17,892 nt of DNA, from the NCBI GenBank assembly GCA_046484135.1, contig JAWOBU010000132.1, forward strand, positions 1 through 17,892. The letters run 5' to 3'. The notes below the pieces were generated by a model. That model was not told the DNA's origin and searched no databases. It was given only the letters and a program-made list of their open reading frames with translations. Below, piece by piece: positions 8,503 through 16,143 of the stretch; within the stretch, counting starts at the first letter, position 1; each line of letters opens with the position of its first letter. Source of the stretch: a bacterium. Lineage in GTDB: Bacteria; RBG-13-61-14; DATKZS01. The position numbers and the translations under genes were made by a program.

Positions 8503-8643
8503 ATATGAACTTCTTGCCGTGTTCTTTCCTTTTGCACCAAGCCTCTTGCAAAAAGGTTGACTAATGTAGTGTATCACTCCTTTTGATCCTTATGACATCC
8601 TCTTTAAAGGTTAACGAAGCACCTCTGCGATGAGCGCTTTCCC

Positions 8644-8860
8644 TCGCCCTTTCAGGGCTCTTTGTTTTTTCGAAACCGTTTCCCCAGGGCTTGCCTGCCT
8701 GTGCCGGACACGGCAGACAGGCGCCCTGGGCTACAGTCCTTCCGCCCTTTTCAGGGCGCGGATTCGAGGCTTTCGAGTCCCAACGGGACGGCACCCTAAA
8801 GCCCGGGGTGTAAACCCCGGGGAAAATATTGAACTAATCGAATACAAGCCCTAAGGGCGA
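8644..8860. repeat. Inverted doublet of a three-hairpin composite REP-like unit (REPIN/MITE-like)
   Basis: Left unit (minus, 8758-8644): cgccctgaaaagggcgg..agcccagggcgcaagccctgggga (after removing the insert)..agccctgaaagggcga. Right unit (plus, 8777-8860): gtcccaacgggacgg..agcccggggtgtaaaccccgggga..agccctaagggcga. Confidence 0.7.
8694..8721. repeat. 28-bp palindromic element inserted in a REP loop (copy 1)
   Basis: cctgcctgtgccggacacggcagacagg. Removing it restores cccagggc-ttgc-gccctggg. A second copy lies at 12512-12539. Confidence 0.75.
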
Positions 8861-8893
8861 CGCCTAGTTGGAGAGACCGAAAGGTCTCGATTA

Positions 8894-8917
8894 TCGCGAG
8901 CAGGAGCTCGCTCCCAC
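8894..8917 (-). repeat. GTGG-type REP palindrome
   Basis: Minus strand GTGGGAGCGAGCTCCTGCTCGCGA, just after the bioA stop. An adjacent GAGACC-GAAA-GGTCTC hairpin lies at 8873-8888. Confidence 0.65.
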
Positions 8918-8934
8918 CACAAAAACTGTCTCTA

Positions 8935-10305
8935 TTACTCCGTCACCTCCCGAATGGATTCCATGGTGGTCCTCATGATGGTGTCAAGCTCCGCTTCGGT
9001 AACGCAGAGCGGCGGCATGATTATGACCACGTCGCTTAACGGCCTTATGATAAGGCCCTTTTGACGGGCGGCCATGATGGCTTGCCTTCCCATCATGAGG
9101 GACGGGTCGTAGGGGGTCTTGCTTTCCGGGTCCTCTTCCAGCTCGATGCCCATCATGAGCCCGGCCTGGCGGGCCTCCCCCACGTGGGGAAGCTCCTCGA
9201 TGCGGCCGAGCCAGGCCGCGGCCTGCTCGCTTCTTTCCTTGACCCTTTCGATCACGCCTTCTTTTTCATACAGGTCGAGGGAGGCCAGTGATGCCGCGCA
9301 TCCCAGCGGGTTCCCGGTATAGGAATGCCCGTGGAAGAAGGTGTTGGTATGGTGGTCCGGCCCCAGAAAGGCGTTGAACACGTTCTCGGTGGTCATGGTC
9401 GCCGCCATGGGCAGGTATCCTCCGGACAGGCCCTTGGCGATGGCCATGAGGTCCGGCGTGACCCCTTCCGAGTCGCAGGCGAACATGTAACCGGTGCGGC
9501 CCAGGCCCACTGCCACCTCGTCCGCCACCATGAGCACGCCGTACTTGTCGCAAAGCTTGCGTACGCCCCTGATAAAGCCTTCCGGCTGGACCACGATGCC
9601 GGTTGCGCCCTGCACCCGCGGCTCGATCACTACGCCGGCGACCTGTTCCCGGTTCTCCGAGATGATGCGCTCGAGCTCGGCAAGACAGCCCGACCCTGCC
9701 TCGCAGTCCGGCTCTCGCTCCGGCAGGGGGCAGTGCCGGCAGTAGGGCGCAGGGGCCGCCAGGGTAGGAAAGATAAGCGGGTAGTAAGTGGCGTGGAATG
9801 CCTCGATCCCGCCCACGCTGACTGCGCCGATGGTGTCGCCGTGGTAGGCGTTAGTGAGCCGCACGAACTTGTTGCGTTCCGGCTCAGGCGTCTCCTGCTG
9901 GCACCAGTACTGGTAGGCCATCTTGAGAGCTATCTCCATGGCGGTGCTTCCGTTGTCCGAGTAGAACACGCGGGAGATGCCGGGAGGAGTGATGTTGACA
10001 AGCTTTTCCGCTAAAAGAATAGCGGAGGGATGGGAGAGCCCCAGGAAGGTCGAGTGGGCCATGCGATGGAGTTGCTCTTCTATCTCCCGGTCGAGCTCCG
10101 GCTTTTTGTGGCCGTGCACGTTAAGCCAGATCGAGCTCACCCCGTCAATGTACTTGTTGCCTTCCACGTCATAAAGATATATGCCGTGGCCGGAAGCTAT
10201 GACCGGGAAGTCCTCAGTCTCCCACAGCCGGTGCTGGGTAAAGGGGTGCCAGAGCACCTGCCGGTCCCTCTTTCTCCATTTCTCCTGAATGCCCGGTTCC
10301 GTCAT
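8935..10305 (-). CDS. bioA: 8-amino-7-oxononanoate transaminase (DAPA aminotransferase)
   Basis: WHPFTQ, DGVSSIWLNVHGH, FYSDNGSTAMEIALKMA, YHGDTIGA, ADEVAVG.GRTG, PLP lysine in AKGLSGGYLP, HGHSYTGNP, IRPL. Overlaps the bioF stop. Confidence 0.95.
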   Translation of the reverse strand: MTEPGIQEKWRKRDRQVLWHPFTQHRLWETEDFPVIASGHGIYLYDVEGNKYIDGVSSIWLNVHGHKKPELDREIEEQLHRMAHSTFLGLSHPSAILLAEKLVNITPPGISRVFYSDNGSTAMEIALKMAYQYWCQQETPEPERNKFVRLTNAYHGDTIGAVSVGGIEAFHATYYPLIFPTLAAPAPYCRHCPLPEREPDCEAGSGCLAELERIISENREQVAGVVIEPRVQGATGIVVQPEGFIRGVRKLCDKYGVLMVADEVAVGLGRTGYMFACDSEGVTPDLMAIAKGLSGGYLPMAATMTTENVFNAFLGPDHHTNTFFHGHSYTGNPLGCAASLASLDLYEKEGVIERVKERSEQAAAWLGRIEELPHVGEARQAGLMMGIELEEDPESKTPYDPSLMMGRQAIMAARQKGLIIRPLSDVVIIMPPLCVTEAELDTIMRTTMESIREVTE

Positions 10306-11456
10306 TTAAGTACCTCCTTGAGAGAGCTTATGAGCTTCTCCAGGTGATCGTCAGTATGGCTTGCAGTAAGGGACACCCGCAAGCGGGAGCTTCCCGCCGG
10401 CACCGTGGGTGGACGGATGCCTTGCACAAAGATACCCTTCTCGAGTAAAAGCCGGCAGGCCTCCATGGTCCGCTCTTCCCGGCCCAGGACCACGGGAACT
10501 ATGGCCCCCCTGCAATCGCTGGTGTCAAATCCCATGCCGTCGAGCGCATCGCGAAGCCGCTCGGCAAGCGACAGCGCCCGCTCTCTCCGCCACGGCTCGT
10601 CTTTCATGATCCGCAATCCTTCCTGCGCGGCGACCGCGGCCGCGGGCGGGGGACCGGTGGTAAAGATAAAAGGCCTCACCCTGTTTATAAAAAGCTCGAT
10701 CATGGCAGGACGCGCGCAGGCAAAGGCGCCGGCGCTTCCCGCGGCCTTGCCCAGGGTACCAACCACCACGTCAACAGAGTCGGCGGAAAGCCCGAAGCCC
10801 TCGAGCGCGCCTCTCCCGTTCTTGCCGAGCAGACCGAAGGCGTGGGCCTCGTCGAGCATGACCATGGCGCCGTGGGCGCGGGCGGTCTCGATTATCTGCG
10901 GCAACGGTGCCAGGTCTCCGTCCATGCTGAACAGGGTTTCGGTTATGATCAGCTTGCGGCGGGCGCTGGTTTTTTTCAGGGCATGGTCGAGCGCGGCAGG
11001 GTCAGCGTGCTCGTATATATGTACCTTTGCCCGCGAGAGCCTGCAGCCGTCAATGATGCTGGCGTGGTTTAACCGGTCGGAGAACACTGCGTCCTCTTTG
11101 CCGGCGAGAGCAGGTATGATGCCGGTGTTGGCATGGTAGCCGGAGTTGAAGTAAAGCGCCGCCGGGGCGTTCATGAAGCGGCTCAGGTCTTTTTCCAGCT
11201 TTTGGAACACGGACAGGTTGCCCGAGACCAGGCGTGATGATCCGGCGCCGCTTCTCCATTTAAAGGACGCGGCCCGCACCGCGTTACCGAGCCGGTGGTC
11301 GGACGCCAGTCCCAGGTAGTTGTTGCTGCAGAAGTTTATGACCTCTTTGCCGTCAAGGTTTATTACCGCTGCCTGGGGCGTATCCACTTCTCGGAGGGAC
11401 CGGTAAAGCCCTGCTTTTTGAAGCTCAGAAAGCTCCTCCTCTACCCAGTCGTTCAT
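10302..11456 (-). CDS. bioF: 8-amino-7-oxononanoate synthase
   Basis: NFCSNNYLGLA, GAGSSRLVSG, SGYHAN, DRLNHASIIDG, FSMDGD, DEAHA, TLGKA, IRPPTVPAGSSRLR. Confidence 0.95.
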   Translation of the reverse strand: MNDWVEEELSELQKAGLYRSLREVDTPQAAVINLDGKEVINFCSNNYLGLASDHRLGNAVRAASFKWRSGAGSSRLVSGNLSVFQKLEKDLSRFMNAPAALYFNSGYHANTGIIPALAGKEDAVFSDRLNHASIIDGCRLSRAKVHIYEHADPAALDHALKKTSARRKLIITETLFSMDGDLAPLPQIIETARAHGAMVMLDEAHAFGLLGKNGRGALEGFGLSADSVDVVVGTLGKAAGSAGAFACARPAMIELFINRVRPFIFTTGPPPAAAVAAQEGLRIMKDEPWRRERALSLAERLRDALDGMGFDTSDCRGAIVPVVLGREERTMEACRLLLEKGIFVQGIRPPTVPAGSSRLRVSLTASHTDDHLEKLISSLKEVLK

Positions 11457-12439
11457 CTCGGCTCCAGTTCCAGGTCTTTTATCATCTTAAGGTCGTCGCG
11501 GGCGGGCCGGCCCGTGGTGGTCAGGTAGTTCCCGATCATGAGGCCGTCCGCTCCTGCGAAAAAGATCATGGACTGGAGCTCGCGAAGGTTCGGTCCCCTT
11601 CCCCCGCAGACAATGATTTCGGCGGCCGGGAGCACGAGCCGGAAAAGGGAGATGGTCTTCAACGCCGCAAGCGGCGTGATCCCCGGCGCAGTCTCGGCCA
11701 AAGGAGTGCCGGCTATGGGATGATACAGGTTTACGGGGACCGCGTCCACGCCGATGTCCTTTAACTCGAAAGCCAGCTCGACCCGCTGGGCCCAAGCTTC
11801 CCCCATGCCGAATATGCCGCCCGCGCAGACCTCCAGGCCCAATGCCGCCGCATCCTTCAATGCCTTCACGTCCTCTTCATAGTCATGGGTGGTGCAGACG
11901 CGGGGGAAGAACGACCGGGCGGTCTCCAGGTTGTGATGGTACCTGGTAAGACCGGCCTCCTTCCACCTCTGCAACGCCTCTGTAGAAACGATGCCGGGCG
12001 ACGCGCAGGGGGAGAGCCCTTTTTCCTTGATGCCGCGGAGGGACTCGGCAATGGTGTCTATCTCGGAGGCGTCGGTTACACCTTTCCCGGAGGTCACCAC
12101 TGAGAACCGGCGGGCGCGGTTTTCGGCGGCGTCGCCTGCTGCCCTGCTGATGCGCGCGGCGGAGAGCATGCTGAACTCGGGCGCGTCAGTGTTGTAGTGC
12201 GCTGACTGGGCGCAGAAGGCGCAGTCCTCGCCGCATCTGCCGGACTTGGCGTTTATGATGGAGCAGAGGTTTATATACTTTCCGGCCCGGGCGTATCTCA
12301 GCCTTGCGCAGGCCGGCATTACCTCGAGCACTTGCTCGCCTTGCAGGGATTCCATCCCGAGAGCAGTCTCTCGGCTGATGCCTCCTTCAAGGTCTGCTTG
12401 TTTATTTATTTCGGAGATGAGGGTCATGTGTGAAGCCAT
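11453..12439 (-). CDS. bioB: Biotin synthase; start is probably ATG 12439 or 12427 rather than 12490
   Basis: NAKSGRCGEDCAFCAQS radical SAM motif, YHHNLET, CAGGIFGMGE, VPVN, GNYLTT.GR. The track's ATG 12490 falls inside a promoter spacer. Confidence 0.95.
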   Translation of the reverse strand: MASHMTLISEINKQADLEGGISRETALGMESLQGEQVLEVMPACARLRYARAGKYINLCSIINAKSGRCGEDCAFCAQSAHYNTDAPEFSMLSAARISRAAGDAAENRARRFSVVTSGKGVTDASEIDTIAESLRGIKEKGLSPCASPGIVSTEALQRWKEAGLTRYHHNLETARSFFPRVCTTHDYEEDVKALKDAAALGLEVCAGGIFGMGEAWAQRVELAFELKDIGVDAVPVNLYHPIAGTPLAETAPGITPLAALKTISLFRLVLPAAEIIVCGGRGPNLRELQSMIFFAGADGLMIGNYLTTTGRPARDDLKMIKDLELEPR

Positions 12440-12474
12440 ATGGTCAAGGTTTCCTGAAGTAAAGTGTGGATGGT

Positions 12475-12503
12475 ATTCTAGCGGATGCATATATCGCTTT
12501 CAA
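12475..12503 (-). promoter_or_regulatory. Sigma70-like promoter for bioBFA, TTGAAA-N17-TAGAAT
   Basis: Minus strand TTGAAA (12503-12498), gcgatatatgcatccgc, TAGAAT (12480-12475). Confidence 0.6.
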
Positions 12504-12511
12504 GCATTCAG

Positions 12512-12539
12512 CCCGCCCGTGCCGGACACGGCAGACAGG
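12512..12539. repeat. 28-bp palindromic element (copy 2)
   Basis: cccgcccgtgccggacacggcagacagg; 26/28 identical to 8694-8721, with a 21-bp identical core. Confidence 0.75.
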
Positions 12540-12550
12540 GAGAGTCCGAT

Positions 12551-13942
12551 TTAGAAATTGCCGAAGTCGCGGAAGCTCAGGATGCCCACTACAGCCACGC
12601 TCCACAAAGTGCGGAGGTTTTTGGGGACCACCCGAAAGGTGCGCATCATCCGGCCGGGCGAGAAATGAAAGTCCCGGTAAAACTTTCGGCTTATCTGTTG
12701 AAGCCTCTCATGGGGGACCTCGGAGAGGTTTAGCTCCATGCGGGTGTAATCGACATTGTCCAGCGCCGGCTTAACGTCCGCCGGCACAGGATACGAACGG
12801 GCGAGCTCGGTACCCGGAAAGGGCGTAACGTAAAAGATGCCCGCGGCGTGCAGCTTTGACGAGAGCCCGTACTCGACGGTCATCTCCATTTCCTCTTCGG
12901 TCTCGGTGGGGAACCCGAGCATGAAGTAGCCCAGGCAGAAGATGCCGCGCGAAGCAGTGTAGCTGATGGCCTCCCTGCTCTTGTCCAGGTCCAGGTTCTT
13001 CTTGATGAGCTTCTGAAGTCTCGGACTCGCGGTTTCAACCGCGTAGTTGATCCGGTAGGTCCCCGCCCGGCGCAACAGGTCAATAAGCTCCCGGTCCATC
13101 CGGTCGGCCCGGAGGCCGTTGGAAAAGGAGATGTAAAGACCGGGGACCTCGCGGGCCAGCCTCTCCGCGATCTGTTTGGCCCGGTCCAGGTCCACGTTAA
13201 AGGCGTCGTCAACTATCTCGAGCTCCCGGATGTCATAGTCACGCCTGAGTCTCTTGACCTCGTCCAGCACCGCGTCGGGCGAGCGGGCCCGGAACTTTCG
13301 GCCGAAGGTATTGTGGCAGTAGATGCACCCGAACGGACAGCCGCGGCTGGTAAAGACGCTCACGCTCCGGGCCGACCGCCGGAGCATGTTCAATGTTGAC
13401 CTGCCCCATCTCCTGAAGTAATCGGGAGGGTTAATAAGGTCCCAGGCGGGAAGAGAGTCGTCCAGGTCCGTTATGTACCCGGCGGGCGGGTTCTCCCGGA
13501 CGTCCCCGTTCTTCTTGTAGATAAGAGCCGGCACCGTCGAAAAATCTCTGCCGCTCTCCAATGCCTCCAGGTAGGCGTTAAACGCGGACTCGCCCTCCCC
13601 GTAGACCGCGGCGCTTGCAAGGCCCTTTTCCACGAACTCCCTTCCCGACGTCGAGACCAGAGGCCCGCCCACGACAAGCTCTGCATCCAGATTGTCTCGC
13701 AAAGCGCGGGCTAAATCGGCGGCCCCTTTTTTCTCGAAGTGGATGGCGGAGATGCCCGCCACGTCCGGCTTGAGCGCACGGGCCCGGCCGAGGACATCGT
13801 CCGCACAAAGCCGGTGCAGGCGCGCGTCCAGCAGGCTGACCTCGTGTCCGGCCCGGCGGGCGGCTTCGGCAACGTACCCTATTCCCAGCGGGAACGTGGT
13901 CGCCCGGAGTACGGAGTTGGGGCGGATAAAAAGTACCTTCAT
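12551..13942 (-). CDS. Cobalamin-binding radical SAM protein
   Basis: N-terminal B12-binding domain (FPLGIGYV, PDVAGIS, VVGGP, GEGE), TSRGCPFGCIYC, IVDDAFN, GYFMLGFPTET, TPFPGTEL. SD AAGGA. Confidence 0.92.
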   Translation of the reverse strand: MKVLFIRPNSVLRATTFPLGIGYVAEAARRAGHEVSLLDARLHRLCADDVLGRARALKPDVAGISAIHFEKKGAADLARALRDNLDAELVVGGPLVSTSGREFVEKGLASAAVYGEGESAFNAYLEALESGRDFSTVPALIYKKNGDVRENPPAGYITDLDDSLPAWDLINPPDYFRRWGRSTLNMLRRSARSVSVFTSRGCPFGCIYCHNTFGRKFRARSPDAVLDEVKRLRRDYDIRELEIVDDAFNVDLDRAKQIAERLAREVPGLYISFSNGLRADRMDRELIDLLRRAGTYRINYAVETASPRLQKLIKKNLDLDKSREAISYTASRGIFCLGYFMLGFPTETEEEMEMTVEYGLSSKLHAAGIFYVTPFPGTELARSYPVPADVKPALDNVDYTRMELNLSEVPHERLQQISRKFYRDFHFSPGRMMRTFRVVPKNLRTLWSVAVVGILSFRDFGNF

Positions 13943-13956
13943 GGTCCTTACATCTC

Positions 13957-13962
13957 ATTATA
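13957..13962 (-). promoter_or_regulatory. -10 box TATAAT upstream of the radical SAM gene
   Basis: Minus strand TATAAT-gagatgt-AAGGA-cc-ATG; the -35 is weak. Confidence 0.4.
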
Positions 13963-14307
13963 TAAGATCGAGCTGAAATCTAAAGGGGAGTTGAAGACCA
14001 TCGCCGGCCCGGACATGAAACCGAGGCAGAGGGTTTGATCACCTCGAGGTCCAAAGGTGCATCAGAGGATTATAAAGTCGGGTCCTGGGCATTTGGGAGA
14101 GGACATCAGCTCCGAGGGGTAATAATTTAATTCAATATGACCAAGCGGTCTAGCCCCCAGGGTTCAGTGTTTGGCCGGACTGACTTTCCTCCTCAAAATC
14201 AACGCCACCAGACCGGGGCTATAAAAAGAAGCATCTGCCGGATAGCAGCAGGGGCCGCCTCCGAGGTTATTCGGTCTTTTCTAAAGAAGGATTTGGCTTA
14301 CTTTAGA

Positions 14308-15756
14308 TCAGTCATCTATATATCCAAGGGCCTTCATGGATTTTTTTCTTTTTTTCTTCTCTTTTGGGGACAAGTTTTGTTTTTCCTGCTTAAATGTAGA
14401 TATTTTATGTAGGAATTTTTCGAGCTTTTTTTTCATCTTACTCTTTTTATCGGGATATTCGTTTATTACGTTTTTTGTTTCGGCCGGGTCTTTTTCAATG
14501 TTGAACATTTTAGGCTTCTTGCCTTTCATATCGACAAACTTCATTCCGTCCATCATAATGGCTTCGCCTTTATAAACTCTTAAATGCTTTATGTCGCCGT
14601 ACCAGGTGAGGCTGGATTCTTTTTGGGGGTCGGCTAAAAATTTAAGGAGGCTTTGTCCTTGCATATTAGGCCTATCGCTGATTCCCAGAAAATCGAGTAT
14701 GGTGGGCATAAGATCAACGATTCCCGCAACTCCCTTAACCCTTTTGCCTTGATCGCACTCCGGAAACTTAAATATGAGCGGCACTGCTGTTTGGCTGAAA
14801 TAAAGCGAGGTGCCGTGTTGGAACCATATTCTATGTTCGCCCATAGCTTCTCCGTGGTCCGAGGTAAAAATGATCAGGCTTTTATCATACAGTTCCCATT
14901 CCTTCAACTTCTCAAAGAAAAGAGCCATAGAATCATCAACGTACTTCACTTCTGCCATGTATCTTTTGATATAAAAATCCGCTTCCTGGCGGTTCTCGAT
15001 TTTCTGGTATCTGGGAATAGCGTCCTTTGGATGATTCCTGTTGCTTAGAGGCAGGGTGGGTTTATCTTTTACAGGTCCCATATCCTTGGTATACTCTTTC
15101 GGAGGCTTGTAGGGGCCGTGAGGATCGCCAAGATGGAGAAATAAAAAGGTCTTGCCGGACCGGTTCTTTTCAAGCCATTCAAGGGCGGTCTTGACAGTAT
15201 CCATACAGCGCCTTTCCGGATAAGAGCCTATTTTATCTTTTAATGAATCGTCGAATTTATCGAAACCCCTGCTGAATCCGAAATTGGAGCTGACTGTGCC
15301 AAGACTCACGAACCCTCCGGTGCGCCATCCTTTCTCCTGTAAGATCTCCGGCAACAACGTTACCTCGGATGAGATTTTTCCGCGATTGTGCCTCAGAGCA
15401 TGAGTCCAGGTGTGAAGCCCCGTCAGCATGGTAGCGTGAGAAGGAGCAGTAAGGGGATTGTGGCATTGGGCGTCCTCGAAAAGTATGCCCTTTTCAGCAA
15501 GCGAATCAATCGCGGGAGTGGGACGCGACGGGTTGTAACAACCCAGAAAATCCGGCCTCAATGTGTCCACGCTGATTAATATCACCGAATCAACCGACGG
15601 AGGCATAAATTTATCCGAACCAGCGCTTTCTTCTCCTTGGTTGGTTGCCTTGCTTGCCAAAAATCCGAATGCAAAGGCTAAAACAATAAGCACCGCGATC
15701 AGAAAAAAAGCTAATGTAAATGTTTTCTTTTTAGTCATAGCCTCGTTCATTCTCAT
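14308..15756 (-). CDS. Membrane-anchored sulfatase-like hydrolase/transferase (alkaline phosphatase superfamily)
   Basis: N-terminal TM helix, ISVDTLRPD, PLTAPSHATMLTG, DPHGPY, TSDHGE, HG..LY, DP.E..N and C-terminal ALGYI. Visibly AT-richer than its neighbours. Confidence 0.88.
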   Translation of the reverse strand: MRMNEAMTKKKTFTLAFFLIAVLIVLAFAFGFLASKATNQGEESAGSDKFMPPSVDSVILISVDTLRPDFLGCYNPSRPTPAIDSLAEKGILFEDAQCHNPLTAPSHATMLTGLHTWTHALRHNRGKISSEVTLLPEILQEKGWRTGGFVSLGTVSSNFGFSRGFDKFDDSLKDKIGSYPERRCMDTVKTALEWLEKNRSGKTFLFLHLGDPHGPYKPPKEYTKDMGPVKDKPTLPLSNRNHPKDAIPRYQKIENRQEADFYIKRYMAEVKYVDDSMALFFEKLKEWELYDKSLIIFTSDHGEAMGEHRIWFQHGTSLYFSQTAVPLIFKFPECDQGKRVKGVAGIVDLMPTILDFLGISDRPNMQGQSLLKFLADPQKESSLTWYGDIKHLRVYKGEAIMMDGMKFVDMKGKKPKMFNIEKDPAETKNVINEYPDKKSKMKKKLEKFLHKISTFKQEKQNLSPKEKKKRKKSMKALGYIDD

Positions 15757-16060
15757 AAGGTGTCCTTTTCTGGAAAATATTTTCGCCTTGAGATGCGAGC
15801 CCGTCGTTGTTTAGATCAACCGACGCCATGGCCCGGGGCTTGCCCTCAAAATGGAAAAGTGCACCGCCTACCTCCATGTCGAAGCTGAGGTCGCATAGGG
15901 AATCGCAGCCGTCTCCGTCTCGAGTGTTGCCGTCATCGCATTCCTCTCCAGCCTCTACAATGCCGTTGCCGCAGACCCCGGCATGTGCGGGAGCATAAGG
16001 CGCAAGAAAAAGTACGAGCAACAAGATCACCGTAAAACCGATTGTCTTCTGATAACGCAT
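15731..16060 (-). pseudogene. Truncated secreted protein with a Myxococcus-type Cys-rich repeat (DUF4215-like) and the start of an FG-GAP/VCBS repeat
   Basis: Signal peptide (..APAHA), CGNGIVEAGEECDDGNTRDGDGCDSLC, then PRAMASVDLNNDGL broken off at ~15797 and followed by an unrelated tail overlapping the sulfatase start. Confidence 0.62.
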
Positions 16061-16114
16061 GGAGGTATCCTTTATCGGACTTTCAAACCGGAAGCCTTTG
16101 TAACTGTTAATTTA

Positions 16115-16143
16115 AACATATTCCGTCATAATTAACTTGTCAA
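16115..16143 (-). promoter_or_regulatory. Sigma70-like promoter TTGACA-N17-TATGTT
   Basis: Minus strand TTGACA (16143-16138), 17-bp spacer, TATGTT (16120-16115). The -35 lies within the inverted repeat AACTTG-t-CAAGTT (16134-16146). Confidence 0.55.

Noticed and set aside
8451..8520. Possible c-di-GMP-I (GEMM) or SAM-I riboswitch
   Set aside because: Only a partial GCGAAAGCC resemblance; the GGCAAA-P2 and other conserved core elements are missing, and there is no downstream plus-strand gene.
8531..8562. BirA-like site tttgcacc-N16-ggttgact
   Set aside because: The left half-site is poor and the site lies downstream of the bio operon rather than at its promoter.
8561..8854. ORFs 8561-8794 (-) and 8630-8854 (+)
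   Set aside because: They are translations of palindromic repeat DNA with no coding signature.
8644..8917. CRISPR array
   Set aside because: No identical, regularly spaced direct repeats and no cas genes; the units are inverted and heterogeneous.
10405..11139. Long antisense ORFs (e.g. 10405-11139, 7485-8360, 9325-10014, 16717-17379)
   Set aside because: Expected antisense shadows of GC-rich genes.
13963..14307. Cobalamin or fluoride riboswitch, 6S RNA or RNase P upstream of the radical SAM gene; TAGCCCC/GGGGCTA inverted repeat at 14151-14221
   Set aside because: No B12 box or other complete consensus. The fragments (GAGGAAAGTC, GGCGATGGT) and a 7-bp inverted repeat could arise by chance. 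An Rfam scan would settle it.
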